Virus record (IMG/VR): IMGVR_UViG_3300014000_000001 | Coordinates: 64,001 to 128,000 of that record | DNA: 64,000 nucleotides | Reading direction: 5' to 3' (one strand) | Source of the DNA: a virus | Lineage: Duplodnaviria; Caudoviricetes | Shown: positions 49,016 to 58,801 of the stretch, in pieces | How the letters are laid out: the number at the start of each line of letters is the position of its first letter | Position numbering within the stretch: position 1 is the stretch's first letter | The notes under the pieces: generated by a model | The model's input: only the letters and a program-made list of their open reading frames with translations | What the model was told of the DNA's origin: nothing | The model's database searches: none | Position numbers and translations under genes: made by a program

Positions 49016-49294
49016 ATGTTGGCGCTACCTAGAATTGTTTGTGCTGCAGTAATGAATAAAGATGGAATTATTATTCCATCTCCTAGGCATTTTGATGAAA
49101 CCTTCTGGAAACTCTTTGAAAGAATGGGATTGAAAGAAGAAGACAACCATGAATGGATTCAGGGGTTTATTGATCAGTTTGGTAAATTCTTTGATCGTGA
49201 AGAAGCTTTGATTATTGCAAAGCGAGAAAACCAAATTTATCGTGAATCTCCAAATGTTGATACCACTGAATTGTTTAGTGAGAATCTTTATTAA
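49016..49294 (+). CDS. Widespread phage hypothetical protein
   Basis: RIVCAA...RH.D...QGFIDQFG.F.DREEA..IA...LFSE.LY pattern. Confidence 0.75.
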   Translation: MLALPRIVCAAVMNKDGIIIPSPRHFDETFWKLFERMGLKEEDNHEWIQGFIDQFGKFFDREEALIIAKRENQIYRESPNVDTTELFSENLY

Positions 49295-49324
49295 CAATTG
49301 CTATGAATGCAGGAGATTAATAAG

Positions 49325-49717
49325 ATGCCATCCAATCCATATCCTTCCATGGGTCCACAAGGTTATATTTACGATGCAGCGCAAAAGGCAGAATTTATTT
49401 TTGCAGATTACATCGCGGCTAAGAATTCACAAAGTACCTTGTTTTACGGACAAATCCAATCATTGTCCTTTGATGAGTTTAAAGGACAATACGAACCCAT
49501 TCTATCGGGTGAGGTGATTAAAGCTTCTTTAGAGAAGATTTATGATGCGTACTTTGATAGCGTGGATATTCAGGTGAGTGATAACCTCAATGAGGACACA
49601 CAAGTCACCAGAATTGAAATCACAGCAGATCTTAATGATAAAGGGGTTCAGTACCGTTTAAATGAGATCTTATCTGTGAATAACCAACGCATAAAACGAT
49701 TAGCGTCGTTTAACTAG
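49325..49717 (+). CDS. Conserved phiKZ-like protein
   Basis: AGGAG RBS before MPSNP; SQSTLF motif. Confidence 0.65.
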   Translation: MPSNPYPSMGPQGYIYDAAQKAEFIFADYIAAKNSQSTLFYGQIQSLSFDEFKGQYEPILSGEVIKASLEKIYDAYFDSVDIQVSDNLNEDTQVTRIEITADLNDKGVQYRLNEILSVNNQRIKRLASFN

Positions 49718-49729
49718 AGGTCAATAATT

Positions 49730-50020
49730 ATGTCTAAATCAATAGGGTCAGACGATGGTCAAATTGCAATTAAAGTACACGCTGTTAATTTTACCAGTAT
49801 TGCTGATTTAAAACAAGGTGATGTTTACGTAAAGGTATCCCGTGAAGGTTTTGCTGAAATCAAAAACGGAGTGTTAGTAGATATTCCAATTGAACAAGTC
49901 CCGAAACCTTTAGTAGATTGTGCTCTTAGTTTTGAAAACCAACCTGAGAACAATCTTAAGTATCCATATGCTTTATATTTGGAGAGTATCAATGACACAG
50001 CAATCAAACCCAAAATCTAA
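49730..50020 (+). CDS. Hypothetical protein
   Basis: AGAGGT RBS. Confidence 0.65.
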   Translation: MSKSIGSDDGQIAIKVHAVNFTSIADLKQGDVYVKVSREGFAEIKNGVLVDIPIEQVPKPLVDCALSFENQPENNLKYPYALYLESINDTAIKPKI

Positions 50021-50678
50021 TTACGATACTGCCCCAGAAGAAAATCTACCACCCAATTCCATTTTGTCTAAGGTGAAGATCTCATCTAAGATCAAACCAC
50101 CACCACATTTAATGCGTATTTTTAATACCTATTTGGAAAATGAAAAGAACTACCCAAATTGTGAAGAAATAGATTTTGCTGAATTTGGAACGAAGTGGTT
50201 ACCGTTATTTAACTATGGCGCACACGACGATCAAAAAGATATTCCAATTATGGATTGGGTGGAACAAGTATCGCTCAATCCATATCGTCCAGTGAAACTC
50301 ATGAATTGGGTAGATGGTCAGTATGTTTGTGTGGCTATCATTCCACCGATCTTTGATAACAATGTTCAGTTATTACGTGAGGATGAGCGAGACTACTTCA
50401 TGCAGTTGGCTACTCGTGAAGCTCATAAGCTTCAAGGTGTTCATCGTACTAGTCAGGCAAATGGATATATTTCACGAAACATCACTGATCGAATCGAAGT
50501 ACGTCGTCGGGTTCTTACTGATCATTTCCACAAAATGAATGAGATCTTTAAACTCTACGGAGTGGAACGTGAAATCCCTCAGTGGCTAGTAGATAATTCA
50601 AATGGCGAATTAGCTCCAGTAGTTAAAGATGAAACCACCCCAAGTACTTTTAGTTCAGGGATGATTGAAGAAGATTAA
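49992..50678 (+). CDS. Conserved phiKZ-like hypothetical protein
   Basis: GGAG RBS before MTQQS; lies upstream of sbcD. Confidence 0.65.
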   Translation: MTQQSNPKSNYDTAPEENLPPNSILSKVKISSKIKPPPHLMRIFNTYLENEKNYPNCEEIDFAEFGTKWLPLFNYGAHDDQKDIPIMDWVEQVSLNPYRPVKLMNWVDGQYVCVAIIPPIFDNNVQLLREDERDYFMQLATREAHKLQGVHRTSQANGYISRNITDRIEVRRRVLTDHFHKMNEIFKLYGVEREIPQWLVDNSNGELAPVVKDETTPSTFSSGMIEED

Positions 50679-50726
50679 TCTTTACATATTTTTCTTATCG
50701 TATAGAGATATATGAGATAAAGAATT

Positions 50727-51875
50727 ATGGAGATGTTAGCTTCGGATTATAGTGTGGGGTGGAGTCAAGATCAACACACTTTCCATAAACGTCTAGGAGT
50801 AGATCGAGTACTTGATGCGCTTCGTCGTGCATTTCCAGATAGTGAGCGTACAGGTGAGTTGACTTGTTTATTTTATGGTGGAGATTTTTGGGATCATGAA
50901 GTATCGAACGCTCACCCAGAACTACATAAAGTCCATGATTATATCGCATGGCGTTTAAAATCAGCACGTAAGCGTAATTATTCTGTTCGAGTATTAGAGG
51001 GAACTGCATCACATGACCGTGGTCAATGTAGGGTGTGGGAAACCATTAATAACTTACTAGACGAGCCTGCTGATTTAAAATACGTAGATACCGTATCAAT
51101 TGAGAGTCATCCAATATTAGGTGATATCCTTTACGTCCCTGATAATTGGAAACCAACTACAGATGAAGTCTGGGAAGATGTCTGTGCTGTAATGAAAGCC
51201 AAGAACCTTACTATGGTAGATTGGATAATCATGCATGGCGCATTTAAACACCAACTCCCAGAACATCTGCATGGGAAAGTACAATTACATGACTCCGATC
51301 GTTACTCAGCAATTACTCGAAAATATGTTTTAGTTGGACACGTCCATCTAAAATCACAATACAAGAATATCATTAGCATTGGTTCAATTGAACGCTTATC
51401 TCATAATGAGGAAGAACCGAAAGGTACGCTTAGAATCAATTGTTCAGAACACGGTGATGAGATTCTTTTTCAAGAAAACACCTTAGCCAGAATTGCGACA
51501 ACTCTGGATTTAGAAGGTCTGCCAGCCGAGCAAGCCTATGAACGAATTAGAGAAGAGATTGAAAAATATCACACTGGTTTAGATGGTATCTCTATTCGTA
51601 TCAAAGCAAAGAAAACTGATCACGCTCATTTAATGATAGCGCGGTTAACACGTGAGTATCCTCAGATTGATTGGGGATTTAAAGATGCAGATGAGAAAAC
51701 CAAACTTCATCTGGTTCGGTTAGAACGTCAAGAAATGCCTGCGATTGTTTATGATCTTTCGCACCACGCGGTAAAAGAGAAGCTGCTCCAGCGTATCGGA
51801 GATGAGAAAACCACTGGTTTAGTTGAAAAAGTAGATTCCTTATTTAAAGGTTATCAGATTGAAGTTAATAGTTAA
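50727..51875 (+). CDS. sbcD: SbcD/Mre11-like metallophosphoesterase nuclease
   Basis: DQH, GGDFWD, EGTASHD, MHG and GHVH metal-binding motifs; GS.ER..H.EEE.KG. Confidence 0.88.
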   Translation: MEMLASDYSVGWSQDQHTFHKRLGVDRVLDALRRAFPDSERTGELTCLFYGGDFWDHEVSNAHPELHKVHDYIAWRLKSARKRNYSVRVLEGTASHDRGQCRVWETINNLLDEPADLKYVDTVSIESHPILGDILYVPDNWKPTTDEVWEDVCAVMKAKNLTMVDWIIMHGAFKHQLPEHLHGKVQLHDSDRYSAITRKYVLVGHVHLKSQYKNIISIGSIERLSHNEEEPKGTLRINCSEHGDEILFQENTLARIATTLDLEGLPAEQAYERIREEIEKYHTGLDGISIRIKAKKTDHAHLMIARLTREYPQIDWGFKDADEKTKLHLVRLERQEMPAIVYDLSHHAVKEKLLQRIGDEKTTGLVEKVDSLFKGYQIEVNS

Positions 51876-51942
51876 AGAAGCTTTTGCGTATCGATATATT
51901 CAGTTAAAATTTATTCACAATGCACGATAATAGGTAACCAAA

Positions 51943-52791
51943 TTGAGTAGAATACTCGACGATAGGGAGATGGGTAATATACCCATCTCCATAGCTACTG
52001 CTTTGGCGCTGGACGGTTTATACAACCGCCACCCAGAGCTAAAACCTGCACGTAAATTGCCTGCATTGATGGCGAATATTATCTATATCAATGCAAGAAC
52101 ATTGTTTCGCAACATCATGGGAGCTATTGGCGACAATGATAAAGCGCTGAGTGTTTCAGCAAAAGATTATGCAGTGACATTATTAAAAGAGATGGATGAG
52201 ATCCGTTCCCATCTGTCTCAAGAAGAACATCCATTGGAAGTAGTCTATTATTTTCCAACGTATCATTCTTTGCAAAAGTATATGGGTAATGGTGAGCTAA
52301 GACCGTTATCTACGGAAATACAACAGAAACGAAATCAGTTGGAAAACGATTGCTTGCAATATATTTTCGACCAATATAAAGATCAACCTAACCCACCATT
52401 TATGAATGTGGATGTGGAGATCAAAGCACAGACTTACCAAAATATTTTCATTATTACCCATCTACCAATTGACCTGTTACACTTAGAACATGTAGCTGAG
52501 GTTTATTTGGTGGAATCCCATACAGGTAAAGTTAAACCTAAGGATCTGTGGTTTACCAAGTTTGCCACAGATCGAGATCCAAAAATTCCTTTTAATAAAG
52601 GAACCTTATTGTTCTTTGGTGATTCAGGACATTTATTTAAACCTCAACCGATTAAAGCGAGACGTCGTTTCTTAGAAGTTGCGGAGAAAAGAAAATGGAA
52701 TGCACACACAACTAAGGATCGTTTGATGCTTGGTTTTCAATTAGAACAAGAACCTTTCATCTTAAAAACATTGAAAGAATTATTCAAGTAA
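51943..52791 (+). CDS. Conserved protein (phiKZ gp66-like by synteny)
   Basis: P.SIAT.LA, IN.RTLFRN, ITH...DLL, L.ESHTG, FGD motifs. Confidence 0.7.
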   Translation: MSRILDDREMGNIPISIATALALDGLYNRHPELKPARKLPALMANIIYINARTLFRNIMGAIGDNDKALSVSAKDYAVTLLKEMDEIRSHLSQEEHPLEVVYYFPTYHSLQKYMGNGELRPLSTEIQQKRNQLENDCLQYIFDQYKDQPNPPFMNVDVEIKAQTYQNIFIITHLPIDLLHLEHVAEVYLVESHTGKVKPKDLWFTKFATDRDPKIPFNKGTLLFFGDSGHLFKPQPIKARRRFLEVAEKRKWNAHTTKDRLMLGFQLEQEPFILKTLKELFK

Positions 52792-52842
52792 GAGAATACA
52801 TAATTCTCTAGTTATATGCTAGCAACCAAGGAGACATTGATC

Positions 52843-53616
52843 ATGTCTGATGAAAAACAAGTTTACATTCCAAAGTCATCTCTAGACTCATTCGGTAATG
52901 CTTTATTTGCTGAACGTTTAGAGTTAGGTAGTCGCGAACCTACTTTGATGGTCAGTGTAAACATTAACCAAAAGAACCCACAATGGTCAACAGTGGATGT
53001 TCAAGTACGACACCATTTACGTGGTGAAGAAAAGAATAAAACCTTTGATGCGCCAACTAAACCACAAGTTGTGCAAGCGGCATTAGCGAAGCTGAAAGAA
53101 TACGCTAAAATTCCATATAGTTCAGATGAAAAATTCACCACCGCTTGGGACATTCTTGCGCCTAAAATCGTTAATGGTAAAATGACCTCCGAACGCATTA
53201 CCAAAGCCAAACTGGTGGTGGGACGTAATAAGAAAGGTCCTTTTATGTCAGTGGTGCATTGGAATAATAGTTATCCACAAATTCCATTCTATGCAGGTTT
53301 GCACGACGAAAACAACTATCGTTCAACAGTTAGTGACGATCCTGAAAAGCTGTACGACTATGTATGTGCTAATGCAATCGGTTGGGCTGAACATATTTCA
53401 GGTTTAATCACCAGCGAATGGCAATTCCAAACCAATAAAGTTTTAGATAACATGCGTAAAAACCAAAACAATAATGGTGGTGGTTCTTACGGTGGCGGTA
53501 ATAGCTACGGCAATAACAATCGTCAAGGTGGCGGTAGCTATGGGGGTAACAGTGGTGGCGGTCACTATGAGACCTCTTCACCAAGTTCTTCGAATGGTGA
53601 AGAATTCAGTTTTTAA
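52843..53616 (+). CDS. chmC: ChmC-like nucleus-associated nucleic-acid-binding protein (phiKZ gp67-like)
   Basis: Immediately upstream of the nvRNAP specificity subunit; folded N-domain plus G/N/Y-rich disordered tail ending acidic-Phe. Confidence 0.6.
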   Translation: MSDEKQVYIPKSSLDSFGNALFAERLELGSREPTLMVSVNINQKNPQWSTVDVQVRHHLRGEEKNKTFDAPTKPQVVQAALAKLKEYAKIPYSSDEKFTTAWDILAPKIVNGKMTSERITKAKLVVGRNKKGPFMSVVHWNNSYPQIPFYAGLHDENNYRSTVSDDPEKLYDYVCANAIGWAEHISGLITSEWQFQTNKVLDNMRKNQNNNGGGSYGGGNSYGNNNRQGGGSYGGNSGGGHYETSSPSSSNGEEFSF

Positions 53617-53676
53617 AACAGCATAAATACTAATAGCGGAGAGATTAATCTCTCCGCTATTGCTTTAAATATTTTA

Positions 53677-53697
53677 AGATATACATTATCTAAGTGA
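53677..53697 (+). promoter_or_regulatory. Putative early promoter
   Basis: AGATATACATTATCTAAGTGA. Confidence 0.8.
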
Positions 53698-53722
53698 ATT
53701 ATTCTTTCAGAGGTTTAAACAA

Positions 53723-55285
53723 ATGCGATTGAGCATCATTGATGTGAACACGATGAAGATCGAACACCCACATCAACAAACCCGCGTTGCATCTATACGT
53801 GAATTCTCTAAGACACGTTTTGTTAAAGATCGGGATGATGGTACTGGTCTTTTAGATCCGTTTAAAGAGATTAACTTATTTATTCACCAAAAGGTGAGTC
53901 AGGAAAATCAACTCAAACTTTATAATGCTTATGCTACCATTTTTGCTGAATTCTTAGATGGTTGTTACGATGTTGATATCGTCATGAATGTTGTAAATGA
54001 GCAATTTAAAATCATTTACGATATTATTAAAGTTCAAGATGTGCAAGACTTTATGGAACGTAACAATCTTTTCGATATTCCTCCAGATATCGAAAAGAAC
54101 TATACAGGTGAGTATAGTGAAGATCGTACTTACATTGAGCCTAAGTATAAGGGTTTGATTGCGCTTGCAATAGCTGCACGAATGGCAATTCCAGTATGGG
54201 GTGAGTTCTCCCCGATTCGTAAAGGGTCTGTTGGGTCAAAACGTATCCCGATCTTACTCATCCAAATGTTAAAAGGTTCTTCTATTTTAGATTCAGAGCA
54301 ATTTAAAGATTTGGAACGTTATTCAGATGCAACCGTGGAAGCAGGTAAATTCGACCCAGGGCGTGTGGTTGCAGGGTTTGGTTCTGAATACAATAAAGAA
54401 TTAAATCTAGCCTCTAACTTTGTTAAGAAAGTGGCTATTGCACCGAATTCAAGACATAACCCATTAGCTCAAGATATCTACAACTATATTGCAAATAGCG
54501 GCGCGTATAATGATGCTTCTTCTGGAGATATTGTCTGGAGTAAGAAGGACCCTAACCAAGAGGAAGAGAAATCCAAATGGGAAAAATACAACCTTCGTGA
54601 ACAAATGTCGCAAGGTGACATTTGCATGATTGAACATTACCTAAGCGATCCTTATCGTGGTATTCATCGTATTTTATCTGATGTTGATTCTGAAACTATT
54701 GATGCTTATACCCGTGAAGCAAATATCATAGCAGAACATTTAGATGCTGAGAATTTCATCCCTGAAATCGAGAACATTCGAATCGCACAATGGGTTCTAT
54801 CTTCAATTGTTCCTGCAAAAACACTGACATACGTGGGTTACTATTATCAACGTCGTGCATTGGTGGTTGCATTAACAGTATTAAAACATCTTAATTATCC
54901 GCTGCTATCTGCATTACTTGTCGCGAAGATCGCACAGTCAGCAGATGGCTTCATGATTTCATTTAAGGTTACTCGCAAACAAATGCCAGAAGACCTAGAG
55001 GAAAAACTTGAGAAATTTTATCCTGCATTTAAGAAGACTCGTGATCGTGATCGCGAATCAGGCAATATGTGTAAGAATGCGATTAACCGCTTCTACACAG
55101 AAATCAACAATTCAGTGATGTTGGTGGTAGCTCCACAGAGTTACATCAACTACCTAGTTGAACATAAGGTGTTGAATAAACACTTGCGTTTTAGTGTTCG
55201 GCCAGAAACCCCAATTGAGTTAGCGCAAATGTTAGTTGATTTATCAGAACTACAAATGCGTCAACACAAATTAACATTAATGTAA
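53723..55285 (+). CDS. nvRNAP promoter-specificity subunit (phiKZ gp68-like)
   Basis: 520 aa; F.EIN, TY....Y..L..LA...R...PVWGE motif; synteny. Confidence 0.72.
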   Translation: MRLSIIDVNTMKIEHPHQQTRVASIREFSKTRFVKDRDDGTGLLDPFKEINLFIHQKVSQENQLKLYNAYATIFAEFLDGCYDVDIVMNVVNEQFKIIYDIIKVQDVQDFMERNNLFDIPPDIEKNYTGEYSEDRTYIEPKYKGLIALAIAARMAIPVWGEFSPIRKGSVGSKRIPILLIQMLKGSSILDSEQFKDLERYSDATVEAGKFDPGRVVAGFGSEYNKELNLASNFVKKVAIAPNSRHNPLAQDIYNYIANSGAYNDASSGDIVWSKKDPNQEEEKSKWEKYNLREQMSQGDICMIEHYLSDPYRGIHRILSDVDSETIDAYTREANIIAEHLDAENFIPEIENIRIAQWVLSSIVPAKTLTYVGYYYQRRALVVALTVLKHLNYPLLSALLVAKIAQSADGFMISFKVTRKQMPEDLEEKLEKFYPAFKKTRDRDRESGNMCKNAINRFYTEINNSVMLVVAPQSYINYLVEHKVLNKHLRFSVRPETPIELAQMLVDLSELQMRQHKLTLM

Positions 55286-55308
55286 TAGTAGATCACAGAG
55301 GTTTTAAA

Positions 55309-56940
55309 ATGGATATTCTTTCAAACTTAATGGGTGGAAGTGGGAACTTTGGTAATCGTGGGTATGATGATCATCGTGGTAATACCTACGAAAAATTTGA
55401 TTACGAAGAACCAGTAACAATTGATGGTTATCGTGTATGTGCGATTATGCTCACTGAAACAGGAACGTATAACCCAGAGTTTCTTCGCCCATATACTGTA
55501 TCAGTAGATCGTGGTGATGTTTATAACATCGCTGATATTGCGAGTGAAAACGGCCAAGCATTGTTACGCCCTGAAAATATTGCAGGTGTTGCTGGTCGTA
55601 TTTTGCGATATTCTTCTCAGGTTGACAAACATGATTTGGTAGATATTGAAAATGGTTGGGACGTACGTCGTTTATCATTCTTGATTGAAGTAGTGGAAGA
55701 ATCCCGCACGGATTTTGATCTACGTGGTGATATGGAAACAGTTACCTACATCTCAGGGTTTACCGATCGTTTAGATGTGGTGGAAACACGTAATGGTCGT
55801 TATGGTGATTTTGCCCCAGCACCTGATCTTAAGTTTTATGTTACCAATATATATCGTATTGAACGTGAAACACGTCGTATTCACTCCAACTTCCAATTAC
55901 TCGTACCATCTCATCATGGTGTGGGTCGTTATGATCGTCAACGTGATAACCTTTACACTATCCGACCTCGCGATGTGTTTAATGATGGTGTTGTTCGTGA
56001 GAAAACCCCAATTGGTTCAAAGAGTTTTAATCAATCAAATCAATTGGTTGGAACATTGCCGAAATCATCACGTACATCTAACCTAAGTCCAAGTACTTAT
56101 ATGGCATCTTCAATCAATGCCTTGATCTCTTCTGAAACTCAGCGAGGTTCAGGTTCTGATGAGTATGGTAGTTACGATCCAACTCGTCGTCGAGGTGCAG
56201 ATGTGGTATATAGTACTGCGGCAGGTAAACTCAATGAAGAACCACCACTTCCTTATAATTCATTTACTTACTTGTTAAAGAGTAAAACAAATGAGTTTGG
56301 TTCACGATCGATCTTTAGTTGGGCTGATCTTGAAGATATCTTCGGGCCTGAGATTGCGCGAGTAACGTCTCTTTATAAACGTAAAACAGTTGAACGTAAT
56401 CGACGTAATAGTCGATGGGCCGCTGCTGGTGAAAGTTCTAATTGGGACAATAATGAAAACGAAGGTTATAATGCTGTATTCGCTACGGCATTAAAACAAA
56501 CATTACCAGGGTATGCTTTAGAATCCATGATCTATTCATGTCGTATTGAAGCTACTAATATCGTAGATCATTCCGATAGTTTTGATACAATCGCAGGTGC
56601 TTTAATTACGATATCTAATGTTGTCTTTATTGCACGAATGCCTTCAGCTCAACAAGAAGAATTTCTGATCGATGAATTTCGTCAGAAAATTGCTAACTAT
56701 GTTCTTCGTGACACATCATTAAACAATCAAGTACCTTACGATGTTGTTGTTGAATTGGACTGGCGTGGCGATAGTTTTATCTGGGTAGGGATTGATGGCG
56801 GGGAAATGATCGATTTCTCCACAGCTTCATTCTCAAATGCATTAACACCACCGATCATTACCACTAACCAAGATTTCTCAGAAGATATGATGACAGATCT
56901 TAAACAGGTAGTTGGTGAAATATTGGCAAGAGGTTATTAA
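55309..56940 (+). CDS. picA: PicA/Imp1-like phage-nucleus protein import factor (phiKZ gp69-like)
   Basis: ETGTY....RPY, I.NGW..RR..F, GFTD, RP.DVF motifs; directly after the gp68-like gene. Confidence 0.72.
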   Translation: MDILSNLMGGSGNFGNRGYDDHRGNTYEKFDYEEPVTIDGYRVCAIMLTETGTYNPEFLRPYTVSVDRGDVYNIADIASENGQALLRPENIAGVAGRILRYSSQVDKHDLVDIENGWDVRRLSFLIEVVEESRTDFDLRGDMETVTYISGFTDRLDVVETRNGRYGDFAPAPDLKFYVTNIYRIERETRRIHSNFQLLVPSHHGVGRYDRQRDNLYTIRPRDVFNDGVVREKTPIGSKSFNQSNQLVGTLPKSSRTSNLSPSTYMASSINALISSETQRGSGSDEYGSYDPTRRRGADVVYSTAAGKLNEEPPLPYNSFTYLLKSKTNEFGSRSIFSWADLEDIFGPEIARVTSLYKRKTVERNRRNSRWAAAGESSNWDNNENEGYNAVFATALKQTLPGYALESMIYSCRIEATNIVDHSDSFDTIAGALITISNVVFIARMPSAQQEEFLIDEFRQKIANYVLRDTSLNNQVPYDVVVELDWRGDSFIWVGIDGGEMIDFSTASFSNALTPPIITTNQDFSEDMMTDLKQVVGEILARGY

Positions 56941-58325
56941 TGAGTAAGTTAACAGGGTTTTATGAAAATTTAATCGAAATCTGTGGTGTGAAACTTGGCG
57001 AGTTTGGACGACTCGTCATTCCTGCAGAGGAAGATATTTATCTTAAGTTAGATGATAAACATATTGTTTTTCCAGAAAAGCAATATTTAAACCATGTGGA
57101 GAATCCAGCAATCGATACGGTGGTGTTCCATCCGTTATCTGAATCCAGTGTACGTAATGTGTCTGAAGTTCAGGAGATTTTACGTCGGGCTGCAATTCTA
57201 CGCATTAATCAGATTGGGCGAGTGCTTTTAAACAAAGCAATTGAAATCAATCGTAATGCTACGGCTGACTCATCTTACAAACTTAACCATAAGCAAAGTA
57301 AACTCTTTGCAACGATCGGAGAGATCGATGAGAAGTTTGTAAAATGGTGGTTGAAAGTCGATAACCGTATGACTGAAGATTCCAAGTGTCGTTTGTTCGA
57401 TGTGTATTTAAAAATGCATGGTGAATTTGATAACAAACGTTACGATCGCGTTTGTACAATTGCTTCACCTCTTTGGGATCAGGTGACGTTTACCACTGAT
57501 TCTAAAATATTTGGAGTAACTGTTGAGCGTAAGAAAGACGTTAATACCTTAAAGGAATTATTGAAAACATTATTCCCTCGTTTGGAAACTGGTGGTTACA
57601 TCTTTGGTTCTTCTGAAAATGTAGCTCCGTTCTTAAGCGTGTTCATTGATTCAGTGGTTGAGATCGAAACCCGCTTTAATGAAATTCTTAATATCTATGG
57701 ACGTGAAGCAAGCGACACTGAAGGTCTATACAGTAACGGTTTAGATATCAAACGTGATGCGGACTTTTCCAAGTTACGTAACTTGATTCCTGCTGATAAA
57801 GCGTATAACGTTGGAACCAGTAAGGATAAAGAGGATATCTCTGAGAAGAAACTTACTTCTCGTGAAAAACCAGTTGAACAACAGCGTATGAACGATGTTC
57901 GTGTTCCGCGTGGGATGACTGATTCTTTACAGATGACCAGTGCGCCAGCCCAACAACCAGAACCCGCATCAACTACCTCTGAGCGTCCTGTAGAGGAACG
58001 CCCACATCGCGATAGTATCTCATCACAAAACTCTCAACCATTCTGGAATCGCGATAGTCGTGATGATCGTTATTATGGTAACCGCGATGATTATCGTCGC
58101 GATGACCGCGGTTACGATCGAGGATATGATAACGGTTACGATCGTGGTCGTGGGTATGATAATCGTCGTGATGATCGTCGAGATTACCGTGGTTCACGTT
58201 ATGAAGATCGTCGCCCTAATGTAGAGCGTTATCCAAGTGATCGTGGTTACTCACGGCAATCTGAACAACGTAATGATTATTTCTGGAATCGTGATGGTCA
58301 CGATGACCGTTATTATCGTCGATAG
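56940..58325 (+). CDS. Conserved protein (phiKZ gp70-like) with an R/D/G/Y-rich disordered tail
   Basis: FHPLSES motif; synteny; low-complexity C-terminus. Confidence 0.7.
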   Translation: MSKLTGFYENLIEICGVKLGEFGRLVIPAEEDIYLKLDDKHIVFPEKQYLNHVENPAIDTVVFHPLSESSVRNVSEVQEILRRAAILRINQIGRVLLNKAIEINRNATADSSYKLNHKQSKLFATIGEIDEKFVKWWLKVDNRMTEDSKCRLFDVYLKMHGEFDNKRYDRVCTIASPLWDQVTFTTDSKIFGVTVERKKDVNTLKELLKTLFPRLETGGYIFGSSENVAPFLSVFIDSVVEIETRFNEILNIYGREASDTEGLYSNGLDIKRDADFSKLRNLIPADKAYNVGTSKDKEDISEKKLTSREKPVEQQRMNDVRVPRGMTDSLQMTSAPAQQPEPASTTSERPVEERPHRDSISSQNSQPFWNRDSRDDRYYGNRDDYRRDDRGYDRGYDNGYDRGRGYDNRRDDRRDYRGSRYEDRRPNVERYPSDRGYSRQSEQRNDYFWNRDGHDDRYYRR

Positions 58326-58390
58326 CATATAGTGAAGAATAAGGAGCCTAGGCTCCTTATTCTTTTTTTACGCTGTTATATTTAACCCAA

Positions 58391-58738
58391 TTAATTATTA
58401 GTTTGACTCTCATCGTAACGTAGTTTTAACATCGCAAGATAATTTAAATCAACTTGATAGAGTGGCCCATCTTTAGAACGAAATTCGCTGTATTCTTTAT
58501 AGTTATTAACACGCAATGTTACCCAATGTAAGTGGAAAGGAATACCTGCAATGTTACATAAAAGGTTGAAATTTTGATCAGCACGCGCTTTTTCAGTATC
58601 GGTGAGTTGAATCTCACCACCTTTAGCCATACTGCTCTGGCGTAGACCAGCTAAATTCATTTCAAAGAAGTCAATAAAGTTAGGATTATAAAGGTAATCA
58701 TAATCAGCTTGTCTTAATTTGGTAACTAATGAATCCAT
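58391..58738 (-). CDS. Small conserved minus-strand protein
   Basis: AGGAG RBS; HW.TLR.N motif; converges on the terminator at 58335-58364. Confidence 0.65.
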   Translation of the reverse strand: MDSLVTKLRQADYDYLYNPNFIDFFEMNLAGLRQSSMAKGGEIQLTDTEKARADQNFNLLCNIAGIPFHLHWVTLRVNNYKEYSEFRSKDGPLYQVDLNYLAMLKLRYDESQTNN

Positions 58739-58759
58739 ACGGTTCTCCTAAATATTTTA

Positions 58760-58780
58760 AGATATACATTATCTTAATGT
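58760..58780 (+). promoter_or_regulatory. Putative early promoter
   Basis: TAAATATTTTAAGATATACATTATCT identical to the 53677 copy. Confidence 0.75.
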
Positions 58781-58801
58781 AGTTCTATATAATAGAGGTT
58801 A

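Noticed and set aside
50727-50800. Apparent loss of SbcD motif I (SDY instead of DxH)
   Set aside because: The DxH motif is present a few residues later as QDQH
58040-58320. CRISPR-like or DNA tandem repeats
   Set aside because: Repeats are degenerate codon-level repeats of DRGY/DDR peptides, with no repeat-spacer structure
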